A stretch of DNA of 64,000 nucleotides from the NCBI GenBank assembly GCA_963668025.2, contig CAXXTH010000017.1:736001-800000 (forward strand), given 5' to 3'. Below the pieces are notes generated by a model. The model saw only the letters and a list, made by a program, of their open reading frames with translations. It had not been told where the DNA came from and searched no databases. Positions 10,596 to 19,842 of this stretch are shown piece by piece. This DNA is from Candidatus Hydrogenedentota bacterium. GTDB taxonomy: Bacteria > Hydrogenedentota > Hydrogenedentia > Hydrogenedentales > SLHB01. Numbering within the stretch: the first letter of the stretch is position 1; the number at the start of each line of letters is the position of its first letter. The translations under genes and the position numbers were made by a program.

Positions 10596-12179
10596 TTGTC
10601 CTCTTCTGTTGAAATATATGATGTCACTCTTCGTGATGGCGCTCAAGGTCCACGCATCAAATTTTCTTCTGACAACCAGATCCGTATTGTCCGGGAGTTG
10701 GATGCGCTTGGAATTTCATATATTGAAGGGGGACAACCTGGTTCGAATCCTAAAGCCGCCGAATTGTTTTCCCGTGCTAAGGATATGCAACTCAAACATG
10801 CCAAAATGACTTCTTTTGGCAGCACCCGCCATCCAAAACAAGCGGTCGAGGATGATCCTAACCTCAAAGCGCTGCTCGCCTCGGGCACCGAGGTTATTAC
10901 CATTTTCGCCAAGTCTTCCGCCACCCATGCCATGGAGGTGCTTCGCGTTTCCCTTGATGACAATCTTAAGCTCATTCAAGAATCCGTATCCTATCTTCGC
11001 GCCCAAAACCGTCGTGTTTTCTTTGATGCGGAACATTTTTTTGACGGGTATAAAGAAGATCCCTCGTATGCTTTGCTTACCCTTTCTACCGCATACGAAT
11101 CTGGCTCGGAAGTGCTCGTATTGTGTGACACCAATGGCGGTTGTTTGCCTTGGGAAATCGCTGAAATAACCCATGCAGTCCGTTTACATCTTCCACATGT
11201 CCAATTGGGTATTCACGCGCATAACGACTCTGGCTGTGCAGTAGCGAACACTATTTCTTCTGTTCATTCCGGAGCATCCCAAATACAAGGCACTATCAAT
11301 GGATATGGCGAACGCACCGGAAACGCAAACCTTATTTCCGTTATAGCGGATTTACAACTTAAAATGAATATTCCCGTTATCGATGAGGTCCAGCTTTCCC
11401 GTCTCACGCATTTGAGCCACATCGTTGCGGAATATGCCAATATATCCCCCCGTGATTCGGATCCTTATGTTGGCCGTGACGCCTTCACCCATAAAGGCGG
11501 CATGCATGCGGACGCCGTGAATAAATATAAAGCAAGTTATGAACATATTTGTCCTGAACTTGTGGGTAATCACACTACTATATCTGTAAGCGAAATGTCC
11601 GGCCGCTCGAGCTTACTTCAAAAAGCGGCTGAACTTGGCGTGCTTTTGGAACGGGATGATCCGGCGACTCTTCTTGTTTTATCCCGCGTTAAGGAACTAG
11701 AGAATGAAGGTTATGAATTTGAAGCCGCTGATGCTTCCCTTCATTTGCTCATGCTTCGCGCCCAGGGAAAGCATCATTCTTTTTTCTCGCTCTGCGATTT
11801 TCGCGTCTCGGTTACTTCCCATCCCAATAGCTCTGGTCTTAGTGAAGCGACGGTTAAAGTGCTGCTCCCTGATACTTCACTCATGCATACCGTGGCGGAA
11901 GGCCATGGCCCTGTCGATGCGCTGAATGCCGCTTTGCGCAAAGCGCTTGAACCGACTTATCCAGAAGTCGCTTCCATTCACCTGGAAGATTACAAAGTAC
12001 GTATCTTGGATACCCAGGCAGCCACTGCTGCCAAAACACGTGTATTGATTGAATCCAGCGATTCTGAAGCTACTTGGGACACCATTGGCGTGAGCGAAAA
12101 TATCATCACCGCTTCGTATCTGGCTCTTGTAGACAGTATTGAATATAAGCTCTACCGCACAAAAGGGCTTATCTCATAA
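10596..12179 (+). CDS. cimA: Citramalate synthase (LeuA-like)
   Basis: YDVTLRDGAQ, FDAEHFFDGYK, LCDTNGG, GIHAHND, HKGGMH, SEMSGRS, EGYEFEAADAS; TTG start after an AAGGAG RBS. Confidence 0.9.
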   Translation: MSSSVEIYDVTLRDGAQGPRIKFSSDNQIRIVRELDALGISYIEGGQPGSNPKAAELFSRAKDMQLKHAKMTSFGSTRHPKQAVEDDPNLKALLASGTEVITIFAKSSATHAMEVLRVSLDDNLKLIQESVSYLRAQNRRVFFDAEHFFDGYKEDPSYALLTLSTAYESGSEVLVLCDTNGGCLPWEIAEITHAVRLHLPHVQLGIHAHNDSGCAVANTISSVHSGASQIQGTINGYGERTGNANLISVIADLQLKMNIPVIDEVQLSRLTHLSHIVAEYANISPRDSDPYVGRDAFTHKGGMHADAVNKYKASYEHICPELVGNHTTISVSEMSGRSSLLQKAAELGVLLERDDPATLLVLSRVKELENEGYEFEAADASLHLLMLRAQGKHHSFFSLCDFRVSVTSHPNSSGLSEATVKVLLPDTSLMHTVAEGHGPVDALNAALRKALEPTYPEVASIHLEDYKVRILDTQAATAAKTRVLIESSDSEATWDTIGVSENIITASYLALVDSIEYKLYRTKGLIS

Positions 12180-12268
12180 GTGGCGGGGTGTCTTTAGCTG
12201 TACCTTAGAAATGCCTGCGTCTCTTTAACTCGTTTTGTTTTAATGCATTCCTTAGGTATTTTGTTGAG

Positions 12269-12475
12269 TTATCCACAACCTTCTTCATTCTATCCACATT
12301 TTTTCAAACGGGTAAAAAGAGCTTTTTTTGTGCTTCTTCTTCTTTTTTTTATTTTTTATAAAGCGTTACCATATAACGCTTTATATGGTAATGCCTATTT
12401 CAATAACACTTTTCAAACCATCACGTTTTATTTTTATTCCACACTTACTAAAAAGTTATCCACATGTTTTCCACA
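12269..12475. promoter_or_regulatory. AT-rich DnaA-box cluster downstream of dnaN
   Basis: TTATCCACA at 12269 and 12456, CTATCCACA at 12290, TTTTCCACA at 12467, within a T-rich intergenic region. Confidence 0.7.
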
Positions 12476-12543
12476 TACGCTATATCTAAACTTTTTTCCT
12501 CATTGCTCCCCCACATATAGCGCATCACTTTTTCTTCTATCCT

Positions 12544-13653
12544 CTAAATCCGAATAGGCATCACTACATTAATGTAATTTTCCTCTTCACTATTTTCTTT
12601 TCCTGGCCGTATCATTCCAGGACTCATAGCATCTTTTAACTGCAAACACACCTTTTCACCTTCAATATGACGCAACACATCAGCTACAAAGTCCGGATTA
12701 AAAGCAATCTCAATTCTCTCTCCATCGTACTCGATAGGAATTTCTTCTTCGTATTCGCCCACTTCCGGCGTAACTACTCGCAAGGTCATGACATTATTAT
12801 CGAGTAAAAACCGTACGGAGTTAAATTTATCATTGGTCATGGTGCGTGTTCGCCGCACGGACTCCATGAAACTCGCTGTGGAAGCATATGCTTCCTTGTC
12901 ATGCTTTTTTGGCACGACCATATCATAATTGGGAAACGTTCCTTCTATTAACGATGTCACCATATGCAGTGCGCCAAACTTGAACCCAGCTTGGGTCTCA
13001 TCGATAAAAATCTCGACGTTCTCATCTTCTCCCAGAAGACGCTCCAGCTCATTCACCATCTTTCCTGGAATGATCACGCGCACGTCACCGGAATACGTGG
13101 TTTCTTGCTTGCGTTGGTATAGGCTCATTCTACGGCCATCCGTAGCCACCGTGGTAATCTTTCCTTCGGCTATTTCAAACAAAAGCCCCGTCAGGTTATA
13201 TCGTGCTTGATCATTGCAAATAGCAAAGGAAGTCTTCGAAAACATCTTCTTCATTAATCCTTGCTTTAAGATCAATGGTTCGATGTTTTCAAATTGGCGT
13301 ATCGGAGGAAACTCATCCGCGGACATACTGAATAAACGGGTTTCAATTTTTCCACATTTGAGCAGAATTACCTTATTCTCTTTCATTTCAAGCGTAATAT
13401 CCGCTTCAGGCAATTCTGAAAGAATACTGGCGATTCGCTGGGCGGCCACGGTCATCGTACCCGGTTCTTCCACGTCGCAGTCCACCGTGTATTCGATGCT
13501 TACTTTTAGATCCGTCGCCGCTAACCTCAACTGATTATCTTTTGCTTCAATCAGTATATGGGACAATATAGGGAGAGCAGACTTCAGTGACACGACCGTT
13601 TTTACTTTGCTGACCGCATCAAGCATTTCCTGCTTTGGAATAGTGATCTTCAT
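12544..13653 (-). CDS. dnaN: DNA polymerase III beta sliding clamp
   Basis: LPILS.IL, ATDL, VATDGRRMS, LIEGTFPNY..VVP, IAFNP.F..DVL, VVMPIR. Confidence 0.97.
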   Translation of the reverse strand: MKITIPKQEMLDAVSKVKTVVSLKSALPILSHILIEAKDNQLRLAATDLKVSIEYTVDCDVEEPGTMTVAAQRIASILSELPEADITLEMKENKVILLKCGKIETRLFSMSADEFPPIRQFENIEPLILKQGLMKKMFSKTSFAICNDQARYNLTGLLFEIAEGKITTVATDGRRMSLYQRKQETTYSGDVRVIIPGKMVNELERLLGEDENVEIFIDETQAGFKFGALHMVTSLIEGTFPNYDMVVPKKHDKEAYASTASFMESVRRTRTMTNDKFNSVRFLLDNNVMTLRVVTPEVGEYEEEIPIEYDGERIEIAFNPDFVADVLRHIEGEKVCLQLKDAMSPGMIRPGKENSEEENYINVVMPIRI

Positions 13654-13689
13654 TACTCTTTCTCCCGGTTGCCCTTGTGTGTATGTTTT

Positions 13690-14260
13690 TTTAGATTCTA
13701 TATCAATCTATATAGTAAAAAACAAGTAGTAATAGTCGTCGAGCCTGTGGATATGTGGAAAGTCCTCGCAAGTGCTTCTGGCATATAGCTATCGCCTGTG
13801 GATAAGGGTTGGGATATTCTGTGCATGTAATGCACATTTTATACACATCCGCTTTACCTTACGGTTGGCTTTGCATGATCCATCGCTTTTTTGTGGATAA
13901 AGCAGCGAGGTTTTCCACTAAGTTTCCAAAGTTATCCACAGCACCGCTCCACTACGAAATCCCCCAATCTCGAAACTTATCCACAAGTCTTTTCCCACTG
14001 AAACTAAAGGCGTTAGGCCATATTCCCGCCGACATATCCACAACCAGGATAATGTATTTTGTTAAGGATATCCAAAAATTATCTCGCGTTGCATTTCCTT
14101 TATTTTCAAACACTTACGAATATTGCGAATAAAAGATGTAAACAAAATCTCTATCGATAACTCATGTATTTCTAACAACTTGAATACCATAACCCCCATT
14201 TTTGGGATAATGGAGAAGCGTACGCCTCGACAGGTTTTCCACAACTTATCCACAGTCGTT
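13690..14260. other. Replication origin oriC (DnaA boxes, DnaA-trios, AT-rich DUE)
   Basis: Consensus or near-consensus boxes at 13746, 13754, 13797, 13839, 13892, 13932, 13977, 14034, 14235, 14246; minus strand reads TTTCCACA TATCCACA GGCTC GACGACTATTACTACT then AT-rich DNA just upstream of dnaN. Confidence 0.85.
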
Positions 14261-14299
14261 AAGTTGATATTCATATTCCCGCATTCGCTACCTGAAATG

Positions 14300-16249
14300 T
14301 CAAGTTCGATGAATGCGTAAAAAATCCTCGGGTGATATAAGACCTTGACGGAGTTTAACTCGGCAGCGGTCTGCAATAGTCTTTATATTAGCTGCTTCCG
14401 AAAAGCGTTCAGGAGTTTCCTCGGTCGAAATCAAGCGGCGCACTTCTGGCGTCACTTCCAAGATCTCGAAAACACCGGTTCTTCCCCGATTGCCCGTGTG
14501 ATAACAAGCATCACATCCCATTCCGCGATGCAAGGTCTTTACGGTTTCCGGCAGCCCTAACGATTGTAACAAGGCTTTATTTGGACGAAAGGCTTTTTTA
14601 CACTCAGGACAAATGGTCCTTACCAGCCGTTGGGCGATTACGGCGGTAAGTGCGCTGGTAAGTAAATAAGATGGCACGCCCATATTGCGCAAGATGGTAA
14701 TAGCCTCTGGCGCATCATTCGTATGCATCGTGGAAAATACCAAGTGCCCCGTCATCGCGGCGCGTATGGCGATTTTGGCCGTTTCCGGATCTCGGATCTC
14801 ACCGACCAGCAACACATCGATATCTTGCCGCAACGCCGCACGCAACGTATTGGCGAAGGTCACGCCAATGTCGGGATCAATTTGAACCTGATTAATACCC
14901 GATAATTGGTATTCGACCGGGTCTTCTAGCGTCACAATGCTTTCTTCAAGCACATTTTTTTGGTTCAATGCCGCATACAGCGTCGTGGTCTTCCCGCTTC
15001 CGGTTGGTCCGGTTACCAAAATCATTCCGTACGGTTGATGAATGAGGCGCAGAAGCGTTTTTTCATCTTCCGCCTCGAGTCCTAGATCCTTGATCCCGGC
15101 TAAAACAGAGCTTTGGTCCAACAAGCGCAACACAATGCGTTCGCCCAAATAGGTGGGCAATGTGGCGACGCGTATATCGTATTCCTTTTTACCCGCTTGA
15201 ACTTGTATATGCCCATCCTGGGGATGGCGTGTTTCCGTAATGTCGATATCCGCCATAAGCTTGATCCGGGAAATCACAGCGGACTGAATGCTTTCATTAA
15301 CGCTCATGACATCATGGAGAATGCCGTCGATGCGATATCGCACGCGCATCTCGGGATCTTGGGGGTCAAGATGTATATCCGTCGCGCCGGCGTTGATGGC
15401 GCCTTCTATAATGGTCTGCACCAGCCGGATCACGGGCATTCCAGATGTCTGCTCGGCAATATCTCCTAGATGGACTCGAGGACTGGGATTCACTTGCCGG
15501 TTTTCGTTTCCATCCGGTTCGTTTTTCTGGTGACGTGTTTCTGTTGATTTAGACGGATGGATATCGTTCGGTTTGAGATTTTGTACGACGGGGTTGTCGT
15601 TTTGACTTTTGATGGAGCTGGATTCGTATCGAGAGCGGATCTCCTGCCGCATATCATTCACGGAGGTCAATTTGGCCTGGATTCGGAATCCCAACAATAC
15701 TTCCGTATCTTTTAGGGCGTTTCGCGCCTGGGGATCCGCGAGCAGCACGATAAGCACATCACGCTCTTTTTTGTGGGGAATGAATTGATTGCGCAAGGCG
15801 ATGGACTCGGGAACGAGGGAAAGCACTTCCGCGTCGCTCGGAGCGTCCTCCAAAGGTACGAATTCCATACCGTGCTGGCGTGCGAGGGCTACAGCCATGG
15901 TGTGCTGGTCTATAAGGCCCCGCTCCAGGAGAATTCTTCCCAGCAGCCTTCCGCTTCGCTCCTGCTCCTCGAGGGCCTCCTCGAGGTCGGCTTCGCTGAT
16001 GGCTTTCATTTCCACCAGGGCTCTTCCCAGGTTCTGGTGCTCGATACGGCGGGAACGCGGATGAAATTCGTAACGCAGGCTGTCCTCGAGCATGCTAAAA
16101 CCGATTCGGCCCGCCTGCAACAATTGCCGATACAATGGAAGGCCGCTGGTTTTCTCCACTTCCCTCGCCGCATCGAGTTCTTCGCGGGTAAGCACTTCCC
16201 TTTTAATTAAGGTCTCGCCGAAATCGTTTCCTCTTAATTCATCGGCCAT
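14300..16249 (-). CDS. GspE/PilB-family assembly ATPase with N-terminal MshEN-like repeats
   Basis: ATDIH.DP, RYRIDG, HPQDG, GPTGSGKTTT, LRQD.DV..VGEIRD, CPEC/CDAC Zn motif; RLLGRILLERGLI...ALARQ. Confidence 0.92.
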   Translation of the reverse strand: MADELRGNDFGETLIKREVLTREELDAAREVEKTSGLPLYRQLLQAGRIGFSMLEDSLRYEFHPRSRRIEHQNLGRALVEMKAISEADLEEALEEQERSGRLLGRILLERGLIDQHTMAVALARQHGMEFVPLEDAPSDAEVLSLVPESIALRNQFIPHKKERDVLIVLLADPQARNALKDTEVLLGFRIQAKLTSVNDMRQEIRSRYESSSIKSQNDNPVVQNLKPNDIHPSKSTETRHQKNEPDGNENRQVNPSPRVHLGDIAEQTSGMPVIRLVQTIIEGAINAGATDIHLDPQDPEMRVRYRIDGILHDVMSVNESIQSAVISRIKLMADIDITETRHPQDGHIQVQAGKKEYDIRVATLPTYLGERIVLRLLDQSSVLAGIKDLGLEAEDEKTLLRLIHQPYGMILVTGPTGSGKTTTLYAALNQKNVLEESIVTLEDPVEYQLSGINQVQIDPDIGVTFANTLRAALRQDIDVLLVGEIRDPETAKIAIRAAMTGHLVFSTMHTNDAPEAITILRNMGVPSYLLTSALTAVIAQRLVRTICPECKKAFRPNKALLQSLGLPETVKTLHRGMGCDACYHTGNRGRTGVFEILEVTPEVRRLISTEETPERFSEAANIKTIADRCRVKLRQGLISPEDFLRIHRT

Positions 16250-16410
16250 TCGACTGCTGTTCCTTTCCTTCGAGGGAGAAGCTGCCGTTTATGGGCAATT
16301 CATCTGATGGTACTCTACAACCAATCGCGGTCCGCATCCAAATGGCCTATTGCGCCGGTATGGCTTCTTGAGATAGTATTCATAACCGGGTTCAGCATTA
16401 CATAGAGGGC

Positions 16411-17358
16411 ATGGACATGTCAGCACCAACGCTTCTCGGCTCGCAACCTATGCGCGTGGTCAGCCATATCGACGACGCGATCCAACACACGACGCAAATG
16501 ATGTTCCGTCCGTTTAACTTTAGCAAGTGGCTCTTGCTGGGAGTGACCATTTTTCTAGCCAGCCTGGGGAGTGGCGGCGCTGGGTTCGGTTATAAAGGTT
16601 TTTCCAATTTTAATAATCCAAACAGCCCGTTTAAGTTTAGCAAAATTGTCCAAACGTACGACAACGTGAATGCGTGGCTTTCCAGCCATTTTTTGTTTTT
16701 GTTACTAATCGCCTTGCCCGTCATGCTGGTTCTTCTGGCGATTACGTTTCTTCTGCTCTGGCTGCGTTCGCGTGGGGAGATGATGTTCATACGCGCCGTA
16801 TCGCTGAATGACGAGCGTATTGGGGAGAATTAGTCGCACGTGTCCGCGCCCGCCCGGTCGTTACTCTACTTCCGTTTTTGTTTGGCGCTGGTCGGAATGG
16901 TTTCTTTTTTGATATCGCTGATATGGCTCTATTGTATTGCCGGGCCGCTGATACATCAGAGCGTTTTTACCTTTCCAGCCGTGGCGGCCGCCTTGAGCCC
17001 AATAATAGGGTTCTTCTTTTTGACATCACTGGTCATTTCCATTGTGTCGGTGCTACAAACCTGTTTCGTCTCTCCCTTGATGTTGCGTTTTGACCTTCCT
17101 TGCCTGCAAGCCTGGGGCGTATTTATGTCGCTCCTGTCTGGCAATGTCCTAGCGATCATCGGCTTTCTGCTACTGCGCTTTCTGTATTCCGCCTTAGCCG
17201 GGATTGTTATGATGCTTGTAGGCTGCGTCACGTGCTGTATCGGACTCTTACCCGTGATAAGCCAAACGGTTATGTCACCCTATTATGTCTTTGATCGTTC
17301 GATGTCTCTGTATATGCTTCAAGACTTGGGGCCGGAATATACCTTTATCGCACAATGA
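16411..17358 (+). pseudogene. Integral membrane protein interrupted by an in-frame TAG at 16831-16833
   Basis: ORFs 16411-16833 and 16840-17358 share one frame (GAG AAT TAG TCG CAC GTG) and hydrophobic character is continuous across the stop. Confidence 0.7.
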
Positions 17359-17711
17359 AGGGGTATCCGGCAGGGCAATCTCGATAACAAACCGACGTGG
17401 GCGTTGCCCACAACCCAATGTAACGACATAGCATTGTTTATTCTCATTGACCTTTGCGTTCTTCGCGGCGTGCGTATAAATAGAATGGGATTACTATTGG
17501 TTTCTATTGGTAGTACGGCGCGCCAGCCTTGCTCATCTATTTCACGCGAAGCTGCGAAGCCGCAAAGAAGGCAACCGTTAAAAGCGAAACATATCTGCAA
17601 TAAAAGAACTTCGTCACAATTCAGTCATCTGGATCAAAATCTGGATCAAAAACAGTGGGCTGATTCTTTAAACCGCGAATAGATGCGAATTCATGGCAAA
17701 CCGCCGTTAAT

Positions 17712-19402
17712 CCTAAAAACGCCAGTTGAATCTTGAGTGTCGAGCAGGAAGTAGTTCAAGATAAAGAACATGGAAACAGAATCGCAACAGCAAGATGCTC
17801 CCCCATTGGGAGAGGAGGAATGGTTGTCTTTGGAGGCGCCGATTTTCGTAGATAGCTACGGGGGCCGGGTGCATGTGGAATGGGACCGGGAGGCGGCAAC
17901 GACGCCGTTTGGCCAGTTGGCGTTCTTTATCGATTTCCTCAAGACGGCGGAGCTTTTTGAAGCGTGGGTGGAGGACTGTCCGCTGGCGTACGCCAGCAAT
18001 AATGCGCCGCGCAAGAGGGATGTGCTGGGCACGCTATTTTTATCAGTGCTGGCGGGCCACACCCGCTATGCGCACATTGACGCGGTCCGTTACGACGCGG
18101 TGAACCCGGGCTTGCTGGGTATGAGCAAGATCATGAGCGCCTCCTCGGCGCGGCGGGCATTTATTCTGGCGGACGGGGAAGCCTGCGCGGGCTGGCTACA
18201 GAAGCACCTGCGCCGCTGTTATGAGCCGTTGCTTTATGAGCCTTGGATTTTGGACGTGGATACAAGCGTGAAGCCCCTGTTCGGCCATCAAGAAGGGGCC
18301 GTGCTGGGCTACAATCCGGCGAAACAGGGCCGTCCTTCTCATGTGCTGCATACCTATTTTATGGCGAACACGCGCTTGGTGCTGGACGTGGAAGTCCGGC
18401 CGGGCAACGAGACGGCGGCGAAATACACCATGCCTGGATTGTGGCATTTTCTCGATGGCTTGCCGCGCGCGGCCTGGCCGGGCATGATTCGCGGCGACTG
18501 CGCCTTCGGCAACGAACGCGACATGAGCGAAGCCGAAGCGCGCGGAGTGCCCTATCTGTTCAAATTGCGGCAGACCAGCAACGTGAAACGGCTTATCCAG
18601 CAGGCCTTTTGTTCTAAGGACTGGACGCCAGCAGGCCAAGGCTGGGAAGGTTTGGAAGACCGTCTGGAGCTTATGGGATGGACGAGCAAACGCCGGATAA
18701 TCGTTCTGCGGCGCAAGCTCAAAGGGAGTATCGTTCTGGAAACGGAGCCGCTATTGCCTGACCCCTCCCCCCAACTACAGCTCATTGAGATCCAAGCGGG
18801 AGCCGTGCAGCAGTATGAATACGCGCTGCTGGCCACTTCGCTGACAGACCCCCTATCGGCCTTGGCCCAGCATTATCGCGACCGGGGCGATGCGGAAAAC
18901 ATCTACGATGAACAGAAAAACCAGTGGGGGTGGGGCGGGTATACCACCCACGATATGAAGCGCTGCCAAATCATGGCGCGAATCATAGCCCTGATTTACA
19001 ATTGGTGGTCTTTGTACGTGCGCTTGGCCATTCCGGAGCGCCACGCCGAAGCGATCACAAGCCGCCCTCTGCTGCTGTATGGTGTGGGACAGCAGACCCG
19101 CCACGGAGGCCAAACCACGCTCACCATCACCCCCGTGCATGCGCAAGGACATGCTATGGAACAAGTTCTGAAATCCGTAAACGCCTTTTTATTGGAGGTG
19201 AAAGCAACTGCGCGGCAGTTGAACTGGAACGAACGATGGCGGACGATCCTCAGCCGGATCTTCGCCAAAATACTCGAGGGAAGGCCGCTGGCCACCCCCA
19301 ACCTGCTGTCGGCGCCAACGTAAAGAGCGGGCCAGGACAGTTATTTCTTTACAAAATTGGGCTGGAAAAATCCCAAAGCAAGTTCCTACTGCCTTTTTTA
19401 GG
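17712..19402 (+). mobile_element. IS1380-family insertion sequence
   Basis: Imperfect IRs CCTAAAAACGCCAGT / ACTGCCTTTTTTAGG; 5-bp direct repeat TTAAT at 17707-17711 and 19403-19407. Confidence 0.8.
17770..19323 (+). CDS. IS1380-type DDE transposase
   Basis: LDVDTSV...GHQEGA..GYN, IRGDCAF, YRDRGDAENIYDEQK, LIYNW motifs. Confidence 0.85.
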   Translation: METESQQQDAPPLGEEEWLSLEAPIFVDSYGGRVHVEWDREAATTPFGQLAFFIDFLKTAELFEAWVEDCPLAYASNNAPRKRDVLGTLFLSVLAGHTRYAHIDAVRYDAVNPGLLGMSKIMSASSARRAFILADGEACAGWLQKHLRRCYEPLLYEPWILDVDTSVKPLFGHQEGAVLGYNPAKQGRPSHVLHTYFMANTRLVLDVEVRPGNETAAKYTMPGLWHFLDGLPRAAWPGMIRGDCAFGNERDMSEAEARGVPYLFKLRQTSNVKRLIQQAFCSKDWTPAGQGWEGLEDRLELMGWTSKRRIIVLRRKLKGSIVLETEPLLPDPSPQLQLIEIQAGAVQQYEYALLATSLTDPLSALAQHYRDRGDAENIYDEQKNQWGWGGYTTHDMKRCQIMARIIALIYNWWSLYVRLAIPERHAEAITSRPLLLYGVGQQTRHGGQTTLTITPVHAQGHAMEQVLKSVNAFLLEVKATARQLNWNERWRTILSRIFAKILEGRPLATPNLLSAPT

Positions 19403-19842
19403 TTAATGGGAGTTTTTTCGACAGGATTTACAAGATTTTTTGAAACACTTTAGCAACTAAAGCAGGTTTAGCTTTATAAAGAATCGTTGCGATCTTGTCT
19501 AATCTTGTGAATCATGTAAATCATGTCAAAAAAAAGCTGCCATTGCTTCAGTCCAGGGTCAGTCAAAGTATTCAGAACTTCTTGTTTTCTTGTTGAAGCT
19601 GGGGCTAAGGCGCTGGCGTGGGCGTTGTCCATACCCCAGATCGTTGAAATAACCGCCGCAATTTTCACCCATTATAAATCATAGCCTATCAAGCTGTTAC
19701 GCAAATCGATTCAAAACTTCTTGTTGTCTTTAAAGAAGTTGGAGTTTAGAAACAGGCCACAAGAGGCGCAGAAGACACAAACAACGATTCTTTTCTGCTG
19801 CCTCTTGTGGCTCTTTTTTAACACGATTGCCCGGTGGTATTT

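Noticed and set aside
12243-14376. Short ORFs within the AT-rich origin regions (12243-12557, 13809-14132, 14062-14376)
   Set aside because: Low-complexity translations of DnaA-box-rich non-coding DNA; no dnaA remnant recognisable
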